Origin: Treponemataceae bacterium
Lineage (GTDB): Bacteria > Spirochaetota > Spirochaetia > Treponematales > Rectinemataceae
Direction of reading: 5' to 3'
NCBI GenBank assembly: GCA_963678065.2
Contig: CAXXVZ010000003.1
Span: 2,208,001 to 2,272,000 of the forward strand
Length of the DNA stretch: 64,000 bases
This document shows, one piece after another, positions 46,963 through 56,065 of this stretch. The notes below the pieces were generated by a model. It searched no databases. It saw only the letters and a program-made list of their open reading frames with translations, and was not told the origin of the DNA. Each line of letters begins with the position of its first letter. Positions within the stretch are counted from its first letter, which is position 1. Position numbers and translations under genes: made by a program.

Positions 46963-47573
46963 TCTTTCCCCCCGATGAAATCGAGGGTCGCTGCCTCGTC
47001 GAATCCGAAACCTTCCATTTTGTCGATCCAGGAATAATCGAGGAGGGAGGACTCCCTGTACGAATCCTCTATGGACTTGTTGAAGCCCCGCCCCGCGAGT
47101 ACGATCTCGGACTCGGTGACTCCTGACTTGGCAGGGCCCGGAATCACTCCGGACTTCACGGAACCCGCGGCCACGCCGGGGATCTTCTTCGCGGCAAGGG
47201 CCGAAGCGCGCACCCACCCATAGCCCGTTCCCTTGTCGAGGGCGACCATGATACGTGACCATCCGTCCTTCGTCTCGACGACGCTGACCCGCACCCCGTA
47301 TCCGAGGTATCCCAGAATCGCCCCGGCCACGGAAGCCGTCTCCCGCACCGCGGTCCTGGCCACCTGGACGCTCATCCCTGTCGACGAAAGCGCGCCGGCC
47401 GACTGCGCGATTATCTTCCCGGAAAAGACGAAGCAGAGAACCAAAAACAAGGAGACGAGGACGGCCGCGCGGCTCCGGTCGCCACATGCCCGCGGCCCGC
47501 ATGTCGGTCTTCCGGAGGAGATAGTGCCCGCAAAGCGTCCGCCCATTCCTGAAATCACAGAGTGGCCCAACAT
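46959..47573 (-). CDS. Secreted SH3b-domain protein
   Basis: TM/signal segment, 'VSVVETKDGWSRI...GWVRASAL' SH3b, conserved-looking tail 'LAGRGFNKSIE'. Start uncertain. Confidence 0.75.
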   Translation of the reverse strand: MLGHSVISGMGGRFAGTISSGRPTCGPRACGDRSRAAVLVSLFLVLCFVFSGKIIAQSAGALSSTGMSVQVARTAVRETASVAGAILGYLGYGVRVSVVETKDGWSRIMVALDKGTGYGWVRASALAAKKIPGVAAGSVKSGVIPGPAKSGVTESEIVLAGRGFNKSIEDSYRESSLLDYSWIDKMEGFGFDEAATLDFIGGKE

Positions 47574-47695
47574 ACTCCTACCATATCGCGGATCCGCGAT
47601 TTTTCCAGATCCCTCTTGCGGATAAGCCATGTATTCACAGTGCATACACATTATGCCCTATGTGCCCGAGATCCCGGCGGCCATCCCGGGCCGTC

Positions 47696-47926
47696 TCAGT
47701 AGTGCGGTGGTCTTTCATTCACAGGAAGGGAGGGTTCCTTCTCCTGGGCTATCTCTTTCAGCTTCTCGGCCATCTTTCCGACGATTTTTTCGAGCCGCGC
47801 GACCCGCTGGGAGAGTTCGAAAATCTGGGCGCCCGATTCGTCGAGAGCCCGCTGATGATATGCATCCATCGTTTCGAGGCCGATGAGCCTCTCCTCGATC
47901 CCGGATTCGATCCCGTCTGTGTTCAC
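47696..47926 (-). CDS. slyX: SlyX family protein
   Basis: EERLIGLE...AYHQ, coiled coil, C-terminal 'ERPPHY'; GTG overlaps the sbcB stop. Confidence 0.85.
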   Translation of the reverse strand: MNTDGIESGIEERLIGLETMDAYHQRALDESGAQIFELSQRVARLEKIVGKMAEKLKEIAQEKEPSLPVNERPPHY

Positions 47927-49398
47927 GATTCCTCCCCGTAGGAGAGCACTTCCCGCTCGATGGCCGATTTCCAGTCCAGAAGGGCGTGCAGGATACTCCT
48001 CTCCCGGGCCGGCACCGACCTGTCCGCGATCCGGCCCTCTATGAATTGCGCATATTCGGAGATCCCGAAAACTCCCGCGACAGGCGGCAGCTGCATCCTC
48101 CCCGCGCAGAAGGCGCGCCACTGGGCGGCCTCCGCGACCGAGAGGGTCTCGGGAAAATTTCTTGCGTAAAGCCTGCGCACGAGGACGGGAATCCGCTCGT
48201 CCCGGAACTCGGCCTTGTAGGCGACTTCCTTGGCGAGCGCGGCGCCCTTCGCGGCGATCGCCTCGTGGATACGCGTCATCTTCACCTTGTCGCCGTCGGG
48301 GTAGAAGCCGCCCGAGTATATTCTCAGTTCCGGATCCGCCGAGTCCGGAGTCTGGACGGGCCCCGCGAACACAGCCACGAGCTTCTGCACCAGTTCGGGA
48401 TGCGAGGCGATGAAGGCGAGCCGCCTGCCACAGAGGCCGGTATCGATGCCGAGCCTCTGGGACGCCGCCGCGCCAAGAGTGGAGACAGGAGCGAGGAATG
48501 GGCAGCGGTTGAGCCTGATGCGCGACAGGGGGACCCTATCCGTATCCAACTCCGCCGCCTTCGTGAAGACTCGCCTTCTGATCTCGTCGACATCCAGGTC
48601 GACGAGAGGCTCCGGGTCGTAGCGCAGGTCGATGGCGACGAGCTGATTGCCGTTCTCGGGGTCCATCGCGACGGGGGCTACGAGCGTCGTGCAGCCCCGC
48701 TCCGAAGTGTACTCCGCGGCGGCGTGGACGAGCATCTTCCGGTCGGCCAGATCGACGAGGGGCCGCAGACTTCCCCGGAAGCGGTGGGTGAAGTACCAGT
48801 CGTAGAGCTTGGGCTGCCTCGCCTTCACGAGACGCGCGAGACCAATCGTCGCGCCGACATCGTAGAGCGCGTCGTGGGCCACCCCGTGGGCTATCCCGTT
48901 TGCCTTGGCCAGCACCTCCAGCTTGAAGATCGGCCGGCCGGCCGCGTCCTCCGGCCAGACAATGCCCTCCGGGCGCAGATCGCGCGCAGCCCGCATAAGG
49001 TCGATGATATCCCAGCGACTGTTCCCATCCTTCCACTCCCGCTCGTACACATCGTAGAGGTTCCTGTAAAACAGGTTGCGGATGAACTCGTCGTCGAACT
49101 GGAGGGAGTTGAAACCCGCCGTAGTCGTGGATGCCACGCTCATCTCGGCGCGGATGCGGGTCGCGAACTCGTATTCGGACAGGCCTTGTTCGAGCGCGTG
49201 CTGAGGGATGATGCCGTGGACGAGGCAGGACTGGGGGCTCGGGAGATAGTCGGGCGTCGGCTTGCAGTACAGGACGACAGGTTCCCCGATCTGGTTCAGG
49301 TTTTCATCCGTCCGGATACAGGCGAACTGCGCTATCCGGTCGTAGCGGGAATCGAGTCCGAAAGTTTCGAGGTCGTACCAGAGAATGCTTGCCGCCAT
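47923..49398 (-). CDS. sbcB: Exodeoxyribonuclease I
   Basis: WYDLETFG, QFACIRTD, GFNSLQFDDE, RPEGIVWP, AHDALYDV, QPKLY, NRCP, YSGGF, ARNFP. Confidence 0.94.
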   Translation of the reverse strand: MAASILWYDLETFGLDSRYDRIAQFACIRTDENLNQIGEPVVLYCKPTPDYLPSPQSCLVHGIIPQHALEQGLSEYEFATRIRAEMSVASTTTAGFNSLQFDDEFIRNLFYRNLYDVYEREWKDGNSRWDIIDLMRAARDLRPEGIVWPEDAAGRPIFKLEVLAKANGIAHGVAHDALYDVGATIGLARLVKARQPKLYDWYFTHRFRGSLRPLVDLADRKMLVHAAAEYTSERGCTTLVAPVAMDPENGNQLVAIDLRYDPEPLVDLDVDEIRRRVFTKAAELDTDRVPLSRIRLNRCPFLAPVSTLGAAASQRLGIDTGLCGRRLAFIASHPELVQKLVAVFAGPVQTPDSADPELRIYSGGFYPDGDKVKMTRIHEAIAAKGAALAKEVAYKAEFRDERIPVLVRRLYARNFPETLSVAEAAQWRAFCAGRMQLPPVAGVFGISEYAQFIEGRIADRSVPARERSILHALLDWKSAIEREVLSYGEES

Positions 49399-49593
49399 GT
49401 CCTAGACTATACCGACCACGGCGCCGACCGGCAACACCGCCGATTGCCGGCCTGCCACGAGGACTGCCGGGTCCGGCGCATTCTCCGGCCCTCCGCCCTC
49501 GTGTTCCGGCCCCGGGACCGACCCTGAACCCCTTCCGCGGCAAGCCCCAGTCTTGACCATCCGGGCTCTCCCGTGCGAGTACATCACCCATAC

Positions 49594-50385
49594 ATGAACA
49601 ACTACCACACCCACACGTTCCGCTGCCGCCACGCGGAGGGAGAAGTCGACGAGTACGTACGGCAGGCTGTAAAAGCGAAAATGGCCGAAATCGGCTTCTC
49701 CGACCACGCAGCCCTGCCCGACGACCGCTGGACCGACATGCGCATGTACCACTCCGAACTCAAGGACTACCTCTACGCCATCGCCGAGGCCCGGCAGGAG
49801 CAGGGCTCCATGATCCGCATCCTCTCCGGCTTCGAGGCGGAGTGGATTCCAGAGTACGCCGAGTATTTCCGCGAGGAATATCTCGGCAGGCTCGGCATGG
49901 ACTATCTCGCCGCGGGAATCCACTACTACCGCTTCCGCGGCGAGTGGGAAGACAGCTTCGCCCTCAGAACCCCGGCCATGCTCGCCGCCTTCGCGGCGCA
50001 CACTCAGAAAGCCCTCGCCTCCGGACTCTTTTCCTTCCTCGCCCACCCCGACGTATTCTGCTACAGCTGGCTTCCCTGGGACGCGAATGCCGTCGCCTGC
50101 GCCCGGGATATTCTCGCCGCCGCCGAGGAGACCCGCATTCCCCTCGAGATCAATGGCTACGGCCTGCGGAAACCCAAAATCCACACCCCCGAAGGTAGGC
50201 GGCCGCCCTACCCCCACAGCGAATTCTGGCGCCTCGCCTCCGCGTACAAGGTCCGCGTCATCGTCAACTCCGACGCCCACAGGCCGGCCGACGTCGCCGC
50301 AAAAATCGAGGAAGGACGCGCGCTCGCCGCGGAGTGCGGCCTGACCGTCCTCGAAACCCTCGACCCCTCCGTCGTCCGATCCTGA
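49594..50385 (+). CDS. PHP-family phosphoesterase (HisJ-type histidinol phosphatase-like)
   Basis: NYHTHT..C.HA, SDH, AHPD, LEIN, NSDAH. Confidence 0.9.
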   Translation: MNNYHTHTFRCRHAEGEVDEYVRQAVKAKMAEIGFSDHAALPDDRWTDMRMYHSELKDYLYAIAEARQEQGSMIRILSGFEAEWIPEYAEYFREEYLGRLGMDYLAAGIHYYRFRGEWEDSFALRTPAMLAAFAAHTQKALASGLFSFLAHPDVFCYSWLPWDANAVACARDILAAAEETRIPLEINGYGLRKPKIHTPEGRRPPYPHSEFWRLASAYKVRVIVNSDAHRPADVAAKIEEGRALAAECGLTVLETLDPSVVRS

Positions 50386-50466
50386 GCGAGGGCGGCCCCA
50401 CCTCTTGCCGCGTTCAAACTCTTTTCAATATAATTCATATATCGAATCATTCAGTAGGGGAATAAA

Positions 50467-50928
50467 ACGAACTCCGAACTGCTTCACCGTCTGATCCGGC
50501 TCTTCGATGAAAAACGGCATCTCCAGAAAGAGAGCTCGGGACTCAAGACCGTCCCCGTCCACATTCTTCAGCTGATAGTGGAAAGGAAGGCGGCCAAGAC
50601 GCTCGATCTGGGCAGGGAGGCCGGAATTCCGCCCGCAACCCTCATCGGCATCCTGGACGAGCTGGAAAAGAGAGGACTTGTGGCCCGCGTCCGGTCTCCG
50701 GAGGACAAGCGCGTCGTCATGGTGACGCCGACTCCCGGGGCCTCCGCGATCGTCGAACGCCACCGCATGGAAGACTGCAATTTCATGGAGAACCTGGCTT
50801 GCACTCTCGAACCGGAAGAAATGGCCGAGCTGGACAGGCTTCTCGTCAAGCTGCTGGATTCCATAGAGGATATCCGGGCGCTTCTCGAAGCCCCACACAG
50901 CCCAAGAGTTGAGGAAGGAAAGACATGA
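50467..50928 (+). CDS. MarR family transcriptional regulator without a canonical start codon (ACG start or start-lost pseudogene)
   Basis: wHTH 'TLIGILDELEKRGLVAR.RSPEDKR'. The frame is open back to a TAG at 50455 with no ATG/GTG/TTG before codon 50578; ACG at 50467 follows AGGGGA. Confidence 0.7.
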   Translation, partial: TNSELLHRLIRLFDEKRHLQKESSGLKTVPVHILQLIVERKAAKTLDLGREAGIPPATLIGILDELEKRGLVARVRSPEDKRVVMVTPTPGASAIVERHRMEDCNFMENLACTLEPEEMAELDRLLVKLLDSIEDIRALLEAPHSPRVEEGKT

Positions 50929-52181
50929 CAGCGAAGACCCGTTTAAAGGACTTTCTTGCCCGCAACACCAGCATGACGGCCATGCTCGTCATGGTCATCT
51001 TCGTCGGCATGGGGGAGAAGATGGCCGAGCGCTTTCTCCCCCTCTACCTCATAGCCCTCGGCGGATCGACCTGGTCGGTAGGCTTTCTCAACGCCATGGA
51101 CAATCTGCTCGGAGCCCTCTACTCCGTGCCCGGCGGCTATCTCGCCGACAGGATAGGCTACAAGCGATCGCTCCAGCTCTTCACCCTCGTCGCCATGGCC
51201 GGCTACACCATCGTCATCCTGATACCGGCCTGGCAGGCCGTCCTCATCGGAGCCGTCTTCTTCATCTCCTGGACGGCGGTTTCCCTTCCCGCGATCATGA
51301 GCCTCGTCTCAAAGGCCGTACCCAAGGAGCGCAGGACACTCGGCGTCTCCATCCATTCCTTCGTCAAGCGCATACCCATGTCTCTGGGGCCGATCGTCGG
51401 CGGCATCCTCATCGGAGCATTCGGCAAGGTCAGGGGTGTGAAGATAGCCTTCTCGGTCGCCTTCGCCATGGGCCTCCTCTCTCTCTACATCGTCGAGCGC
51501 TACATGACGGTAGACAAGCCCGCCGCGAAGGCCGGCGATCAGGCGCGAAAACCTTCCATTTCAGACTGGAAGGGGCTCTTCAGCGCAGACTTGCGAAGCC
51601 TCCTCGCGAGCGACATCCTCATCCGCTTCGCGGAGCAGATACCCTACGCCTTCGTCGTTATCTGGGCGGTGAGCAACAACGGCCTCTCTCCTCTCCAGTT
51701 CGGCCTCCTGACCACGATAGAGATGGTCACCGCGATGCTCGTCTACATCCCTGTAGCCTGGATGGCGGACAAATACGGCAAAAAGCGCTTCGTCCTCATC
51801 ACTTTCTGCTTCTTTACGGTCTTCCCTCTCATCCTTCTCGTGTCGCACTCGTTCTGGATGTTCGTGCTCGCCTTCATCATCAGGGGGCTCAAGGAATTCG
51901 GAGAGCCGACCCGGAAGGCCCTCATCATGGATCTCGCGCCCGAGGACGCGAAGGCGCGGACCTTCGGCGCCTACTACCTCATCAGGGACGTCATCGTCTC
52001 GATCGCCGCCCTCTCCAGCGCGTGGCTCTGGAACATCTCGCCCGCGGCCAATTTCCTCACTGCCTTCGGTTTCGGAGTCCTGGGAACGGTACAGTTCGCC
52101 ATCTTCGGCAGGGATATACATACGAACGCCGCGGGCCGCCACGATCCGGGTCAGACTTCCCGGAGCAATCCCACTCAGTGA
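50925..52181 (+). CDS. MFS transporter
   Basis: Motif A 'GYLADRIGYK' and 'MADKYGKK', about 12 TM; coupled to the marR stop. Confidence 0.9.
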   Translation: MTAKTRLKDFLARNTSMTAMLVMVIFVGMGEKMAERFLPLYLIALGGSTWSVGFLNAMDNLLGALYSVPGGYLADRIGYKRSLQLFTLVAMAGYTIVILIPAWQAVLIGAVFFISWTAVSLPAIMSLVSKAVPKERRTLGVSIHSFVKRIPMSLGPIVGGILIGAFGKVRGVKIAFSVAFAMGLLSLYIVERYMTVDKPAAKAGDQARKPSISDWKGLFSADLRSLLASDILIRFAEQIPYAFVVIWAVSNNGLSPLQFGLLTTIEMVTAMLVYIPVAWMADKYGKKRFVLITFCFFTVFPLILLVSHSFWMFVLAFIIRGLKEFGEPTRKALIMDLAPEDAKARTFGAYYLIRDVIVSIAALSSAWLWNISPAANFLTAFGFGVLGTVQFAIFGRDIHTNAAGRHDPGQTSRSNPTQ

Positions 52182-52233
52182 GAAAGGCGCACGGCATCGT
52201 CCCGCCGCGATTGGCAGGACGGCCGCCCGCGCC

Positions 52234-53955
52234 CTACTTCCTCAGCAGTTTGCGCTCCCCGTCGGGGAGATCCAGCGCCAGGGTACCGCCCGGGTTCATG
52301 ATGTCGTGCGGGTCGAAGTGGCGCTTCAGGGCCCGCAGGACGGCCATCGCCTCGGGGCCGATGTCGCCCTCGAGCCAGGGGGCGGTCATCTTGCCGATGC
52401 CGTGGTGGTGGCTCATCGTTGCGCCGTACCTCTGGATGTTGTCGAGGATGCCGCCCTGGTAGGCGAGGTATTCCTCCGGCGTATTCATCTTGGCGATGAA
52501 GATAAAGTAGAGGTTGCAGCCCTGCGGGTAGAAGTGAGACATGTGGGTCATGCAGATCGTGCCGGGCCGTGAGTGGCAGTACGCGCGGACCCCGGTGTGG
52601 ACTTCCTCGAGATTGGTCCAGTTCACCGAGCACTCCAGGGTGTCGATCATGATGCCATAGTCCTGGAGGTCTTCGCGCATGTAGGGGTCGCGAAAGCGCC
52701 CGTGCTCCCAGGCACGCTGGACGAAGCCCGTGGTAGACATGGCGCCGTGGCGCGCACATATCCGTTTCACCATACGGGCGACGTGCCGCGAGAAGCCCGC
52801 CTCGCCGTCGGCCGTGCCGAGCATGAGACAGCGCTCGCCCTTTTTGAAGCCGCGGGCGGTCATGAGAGTGTCGATCACCGTCCCCTCGACGCCGTAAAGC
52901 TTGAGCGCCAGATCGGATTCCTCGGGGTCGGAGAGCCGGAAGACTGAAGGGTACCCGAACTCGCCCTGCATGATCTCGCGGGCCGCCTCCTTGGCGTCCT
53001 CCCAGTTCCTGAAGATGAAGGAGTAGCGGCGGGTGTTCAGAGGCTCGTAGTGTTTCACCTTGAGGGTGGCCGCGTAGAGGATGCCGAAAGTCCCTTCGGC
53101 GCCCATCATGAGCTGGTCCATGTCGGGGCCGTCGGCGGCGGCGGGGTAGTCGCCCGTGCGGAGGTCAAAGGAGGGGCAGACATAGTCCTGGGCGATGACG
53201 ATGTCCTCGATCTTTCCGTAGTACGTCGAGTTCTGGCCAGCGCCGCGCGTGACCACCCAGCCGCCGACCACGCTGTACTCGAAGCTCTGCGGCAGGTGCC
53301 CACAGGTGTAGGCCCGCGCGGCCTTGAGCGTCTCCGGAGCGCCGCGCAGCACGCGCTCGAGCTCGGGGCCGCTCATGCCAGCCTCGACCGTGATGGTGTG
53401 GTTCTTCTCGTCGAAGGAGAGCACCTTGTTGAGGTGGACCCGCATATCGAGCGTGACGCCGCCCTTCACCGCCTCGACGCCGCGCGTGACGGAGGAGCCG
53501 CCGCCGTAGACGTAAACGGAGATCAGGTTCGAGTCGCAGTAGTCCACGATCGCGCGGAGCTCGACCCTGGTCCTGGGATGGAGGACGAGGTCGGGAATGT
53601 TCTCCACGATCCCTTTCCTGAGACGCATGAGATCGATCATCGTCTTTCCGTAGGCGACCTGGAGTCGGTGATAGGCGTCCGTGAAAGCGTTGCCCTCCCC
53701 GACTATGGCGGAGAGCGCCTCGACGTGGCGTCCGTCGAGGTGGCAGGGGATCTCCTTTGGCACCGTCTCCATGCCCATCTCCTGTCTCTCGGCGAAATAG
53801 GAGTCGTCGAGACCGAAGACGCGCTTCATCTCGCGGTAAAGGCGTTTGTTGGGGTGCTTGTACTCCTTGGGGTCTCCCCACTTGAGGATGGAGCGGAAGC
53901 TTTTCGCGGGGAGATCACCTTCGAACCACGCGGGGACGAATTCGTTCTTTGCCAT
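52234..53955 (-). CDS. Alkyl-dihydroxyacetonephosphate synthase-like FAD-binding protein (VAO/PCMH family)
   Basis: YGGGSSV, GHLPQSFEYSVVGGWVVTRGAGQNSTYYGKIED, GAEGTFGI, FRLSD, DTLEC, GCNLYF, SHHHGIG, DPHDIMNPG. Confidence 0.85.
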   Translation of the reverse strand: MAKNEFVPAWFEGDLPAKSFRSILKWGDPKEYKHPNKRLYREMKRVFGLDDSYFAERQEMGMETVPKEIPCHLDGRHVEALSAIVGEGNAFTDAYHRLQVAYGKTMIDLMRLRKGIVENIPDLVLHPRTRVELRAIVDYCDSNLISVYVYGGGSSVTRGVEAVKGGVTLDMRVHLNKVLSFDEKNHTITVEAGMSGPELERVLRGAPETLKAARAYTCGHLPQSFEYSVVGGWVVTRGAGQNSTYYGKIEDIVIAQDYVCPSFDLRTGDYPAAADGPDMDQLMMGAEGTFGILYAATLKVKHYEPLNTRRYSFIFRNWEDAKEAAREIMQGEFGYPSVFRLSDPEESDLALKLYGVEGTVIDTLMTARGFKKGERCLMLGTADGEAGFSRHVARMVKRICARHGAMSTTGFVQRAWEHGRFRDPYMREDLQDYGIMIDTLECSVNWTNLEEVHTGVRAYCHSRPGTICMTHMSHFYPQGCNLYFIFIAKMNTPEEYLAYQGGILDNIQRYGATMSHHHGIGKMTAPWLEGDIGPEAMAVLRALKRHFDPHDIMNPGGTLALDLPDGERKLLRK

Positions 53956-54017
53956 GATCTTCTCCTTGATCCCGAAGTGGGTTTCATATCCCGCAGCTCG
54001 CTGCGAAGATTGTGATT

Positions 54018-55580
54018 TCAGCCGTGCCCGGGGCGCTCCGGGTAGTTGGTGATGTCGCGTATCGCCTCGTAGAGGGGCGCGAGGGCCGTGTACATCTTCC
54101 TGTAGACCCGGTGGTAGAGCTCGCCGTAGAGTTCGGCCTTCGCAGGATCGGGCTCGAAGGTCGTGGATCTCGCCGACATGGCCTTGACCGCGTCATCGAC
54201 TGAGGCGTACATGCCGAGACCCGCCGCTGCGACCATGGCCGCCCCGAGGCCGCCCGTCTCGTAGGTCTCGCCCCTGACGAGGGGGAGGTTGAAGACATCG
54301 GCGGTGATGCGGCAGATCTCTTCGCTCTGGCTCGCGCCGCCCGAGACGGCAAGCTCCGACACCTTCACCTTTCCCGCCTTCTCGATCGCGTGGAGGCCGT
54401 CCTTCAGTCCGAACGCGAGTCCCTCGATGATCGCCCGGTAGAGGTGCGCGCGGTCGTGGACGTCGCCGAAGCCTATGATCGCGCCTTTGGCCGAGGGCAT
54501 CTTGAGCATGGGCGTCCAGTAGGGCTGCATGACGAGGCCGTGGCCGCCCGCGGGGGTCTTTCTCAGGAGTTCGTTGAGCATGACCTCGGGCACGATGCCG
54601 CGCTCTTGCGCCTCGAGGACTTCCTCGTACGCGAACTGGTTCTTGAACCAGGTGATCATCCAGTACCCCCGGAATATTTCGACCTCGGGGTTGAAGGCTC
54701 CGGGGATCGGCGCGGGGTAGGCGGGCATGAAGGGGATGGGCTCGAAGTACCGGGAGCTGGTGGTCTGGATCGTCGCCGTAGTCCCGAAGGACAAGGAGGC
54801 CATCGCGCTATCGCGGACCCCCATGCCGATGGTCTCGCATCCCTTGTCCGAACCGGCTGCGACGACGGGAATACCTTTCCGGAGCCCTGTCTCCGCGGCG
54901 GCCTGCGCTGTGAGGTGCCCGAGAACGGTACCCGGGACGACGAGTTCGCACAACTTCTCCGCGGGCACAGGAAAGAGCCTGGCGTTGAGAGCGCCGGCCC
55001 CGCACCATTCCTGTCTTCTGTAATCGAAGGGCATGTGGCCTATCTGCGAGGCCGCTGAATCGGCGAAGCGCCCCGTAAGTTTGTGATTCAGGTAACCCGA
55101 AACCTGGGCGAACTTGGCGGTGCGCTCCCAGATGTCGGGCTCGCGCTCCATGATCCAGTTGCACTTCCCCTCTTCCTGTATCCTGATCACCGCCTCGCCC
55201 ATGCCCACGAGGGCGAGCATTGCCCTCATGGCGGGTCCGGGCCTGAATCTCGGGGCCGCCTTGCGCAGGTCGAGCCAGAGGATGGCCGGGCGGAGCGGCT
55301 CCCCTTCTGCGTCGAGGCAGATCATAGTGTCCCGCTGCGTGGTCACGCCGATGCCCGCGACGGCCGCCGCCAGCTCCGGCCGCCTGGCGGCGAGATCGCG
55401 GCAGGCGGCCGCGGCGGCGTTCCAGTACACGCGCGCATCCTGTTCGGCCCTGCCGGGTTCGCCCGCAGTGTACGGCTCGTACTCTACCTTCTTCTTGTCG
55501 AGGAGACGTCCGTCCCTGTCGAATATGAGAGCCCTGGTGCTCTGGGTCCCGCAATCTATGCTCAGTATGAGTGATTCCAC
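54018..55580 (-). CDS. FGGY-family carbohydrate/glycerol-like kinase
   Basis: SIDCGTQSTRA, TTQRDT, ILWLD, GSDKGCE, SFGTT, EGLA, SGGASQS; GTG start. Confidence 0.92.
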   Translation of the reverse strand: MESLILSIDCGTQSTRALIFDRDGRLLDKKKVEYEPYTAGEPGRAEQDARVYWNAAAAACRDLAARRPELAAAVAGIGVTTQRDTMICLDAEGEPLRPAILWLDLRKAAPRFRPGPAMRAMLALVGMGEAVIRIQEEGKCNWIMEREPDIWERTAKFAQVSGYLNHKLTGRFADSAASQIGHMPFDYRRQEWCGAGALNARLFPVPAEKLCELVVPGTVLGHLTAQAAAETGLRKGIPVVAAGSDKGCETIGMGVRDSAMASLSFGTTATIQTTSSRYFEPIPFMPAYPAPIPGAFNPEVEIFRGYWMITWFKNQFAYEEVLEAQERGIVPEVMLNELLRKTPAGGHGLVMQPYWTPMLKMPSAKGAIIGFGDVHDRAHLYRAIIEGLAFGLKDGLHAIEKAGKVKVSELAVSGGASQSEEICRITADVFNLPLVRGETYETGGLGAAMVAAAGLGMYASVDDAVKAMSARSTTFEPDPAKAELYGELYHRVYRKMYTALAPLYEAIRDITNYPERPGHG

Positions 55581-55621
55581 GCCTGCATCCTTTCTAACCG
55601 GCGCATGCGCCGCATCCTGTC

Positions 55622-56065
55622 TTAAACATCGAGATCGTCGGTGGCGACGACCTCGACGCCGAGTCCCAGAAAGTCCCTCGCGAGAACTTCGCCGCACGTG
55701 ACCGGGCGCGTCACCACCAAGGAATCCAGAACCCTCGCGGCCTCTCTGAGGCGGCCGAGGGGAATCTCGCCCGAACTGCGCACCGGCAGGCGCCGCCGCG
55801 AGAACCCTTCGACCCGCACTGTGCTCGTGAGGCTCCTCCGGGGGTCGAGGACTTCGCCGCGGCCGTAGACTTCGCCCCGTTTGCAGGCGTTGCCGCGCAC
55901 CGCGACGACCGAGAGCGCTCCGACGCCGGATGACGCACCAGCCGCAGAGCCAGCTTCAGCGTCGCCTGCGCGCAGGTCGGCTCCGGCGGAGATCATCGCG
56001 ACGTCGACCTCGAGTGCGCAGCCGCGGGGGCAGACGATGCAGACGAATTTGCGCGTTTCAGACAC
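55622..56065 (-). CDS. DUF1667 family small Cys-rich metal-binding subunit
   Basis: CIVCPRGC...GNACKRG, P.R.LTSTV, LPVRS; contains an Ala/Gly-rich insert. Confidence 0.87.
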   Translation of the reverse strand: MSETRKFVCIVCPRGCALEVDVAMISAGADLRAGDAEAGSAAGASSGVGALSVVAVRGNACKRGEVYGRGEVLDPRRSLTSTVRVEGFSRRRLPVRSSGEIPLGRLREAARVLDSLVVTRPVTCGEVLARDFLGLGVEVVATDDLDV

